A stretch of DNA of 63,795 bases, counting the filler, from Folioceros fuciformis (lineage: Eukaryota), in assembly GCA_049999805.1 (NCBI GenBank). It is 5 parts of 4 records of this genome, joined end to end, with 100 filler letters (N's around TTAATTAATTAA, not from the genome) between each part and the next. Parts side by side here need not be neighbours in the genome. Positions count along the whole stretch, not along the records: positions 62,422 to 63,795 come from JBNGIO010006200.1; 4 more parts are not named here. The stretch is one strand, 5' to 3'. The notes under the pieces were generated by a model. It saw only the letters and a list, made by a program, of their open reading frames with translations. It searched no databases and was not told the DNA's origin. Position numbers and translations under genes: made by a program. Positions 62,500 to 63,795 of this stretch are shown here, piece after piece; within the stretch, counting starts at the first letter, position 1; every line of letters starts with the position of its first letter.

Positions 62500-63795
62500 A
62501 TGGCCAATGTGGGGCAAATGGTCGTCTACGATGTAGCCCTTGCTACACTAAGTGTAGTTCGAGACTTGTTTTATTTACTAAATTACTTTGAGGGGAGTAA
62601 TGATGTTGCCATCACCGATTGCAGGCTATCTTTAAGATATGTGAGCATGGATGACCAAAGACTTCTAGATGATGCTCTTGATAACACTGTTCTTTCATGT
62701 CAACAATTGGAGGCTGCTCTTGCAATTGCGGCCCGCACACGACAATTTCCAAGGGGATTTCTAACGGGCATTCAATTATCAACGTACTATGTGAAACCCC
62801 GAGTACAGGACATGTGGACTTCATACCTTCAAGTGGCACAAGAGGATCCAAAAAGGTTTGCCCGTTTCTATGGATTCCCATGGGCAACCTCTACGTACAT
62901 CTGCAATCTAGTTCATGACGCTCTTGACCCGACTCCAGTTCCTGGATTTGTGAACATCCCCGGGGGGATTATCTCTGTGCATAAACAAGTTGCCATTGCC
63001 TTAAGGAGACTGGCCACAGGTGATAGCTTTGTCTCTTTAGGTGACAGCTTCGGAGTGGGACAGTCAATTGCCTGCACAATTACTCGCCGCTTTGTCAAAG
63101 CAATCATATAGAAGGCTAGGCATCACCTTGCCTGGCCATCAACAGGTCAAATTGGAGGAAGTGAAGGCAGGATTCTTTGAACGACATGGCTTCATGGATT
63201 GTTGTGGTGCCATCGATGTGACCCATTTTCGGTTGGAACTGCCTGTAGGAGAAAACCAATGGGAGTATCGAGGAAGATACAAGGATCTCACAGTCGCAAT
63301 GCAAGGTATCGTAGGCCCCAATAAGAAGTTCTTAGACGTAGTAACAGGCTGGCCAGGAGCTGCAAATGATACGAGAATTCTATACAACTCAGAGGTATAT
63401 CACCAAGCCAATGCAGGTGCACGGCTGAATGGACCATCCATGCTCGTGGATAACGAGGAAGTGCGAGAGTATATCATCGGAGATGTTGGCTACCCTTTGC
63501 TTCCATGGTTGATCATCCCCTTTCCTGGTCAAGGTTTGATGGCAGACAAAGAGTCTTTTAACTTCAAGCTATCCTCTTCTCGTATGGTCGTTGAGGACGC
63601 TTTCGGAGCACTGAAAAAGGTTTGGCAGATACTAGGTAGGAGGGTGTGGCGAGACAACATCGACTACTTCAATGCGTTGACTTATGCATGTGTGCTACTG
63701 CACAACATTCGGATAGATCGTGGTGATGAGATAGATCCAAGAATATTGGCAGGCGAGGAGGACGACGAAGAAGATGGCATGCATCAAAACTTCAT
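62500..63795 (+). mobile_element. PIF/Harbinger DDE transposase (HARBI1/ALP1-like), disrupted; runs off the window
   Basis: VAIALRRLATGDSF helix-turn-helix region; CCGAIDVTH, GWPGAANDTRIL, IIGDVGYPLLPWLIIPF, FNFKLSSSRMVVEDAFGALK, CVLLHN. TAG at 63109-63111 and a frameshift near 63145. Confidence 0.88.

Overview
Nuclear DNA from a compact land-plant genome. Short GT-AG introns, PLS- and P-class PPR genes, a TIR1/COI1-like F-box gene and the axonemal gene MNS1 point to a plant with flagellated sperm (hornwort/lycophyte/fern-like; inference). The window is not contiguous: four N-padded TTAATTAATTAA linkers (14434, 31133, 45006, 62366) join at least five separate contigs. The first ~28.5 kb is very gene-dense: AUG7 (partial), D-cysteine desulfhydrase 2, a PPR-SMR gene, a 21-exon fusion gene, a DUF616 gene, a TIR1/COI1-like F-box gene (partial), a NagZ-type GH3 hexosaminidase, FAM32A, HRQ1 helicase and MNS1. 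The rest is mostly transposon debris: a truncated copia, a Ty3/gypsy carrying a full-length copia that itself holds a solo LTR, a PPR pseudogene, an unexplained region, a LINE remnant and a broken Harbinger transposase. The best novelty candidate is the gene at 5077-9792, which the ORF track shows only as fragments. Spliced by hand it gives one ~822-aa frame: START-like phosphatidylinositol transfer protein (PITP, IP_trans) domain, acidic FFAT-like motif, B-box zinc finger, then DUF547. It looks like an unreported membrane-contact-site lipid-transfer protein. Also notable are an intron-bearing bacterial-type NagZ, an F-box protein intermediate between TIR1 and COI1, and a gypsy accessory gene with its own spliceosomal intron. 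All gene models were spliced by eye; no database search was run.
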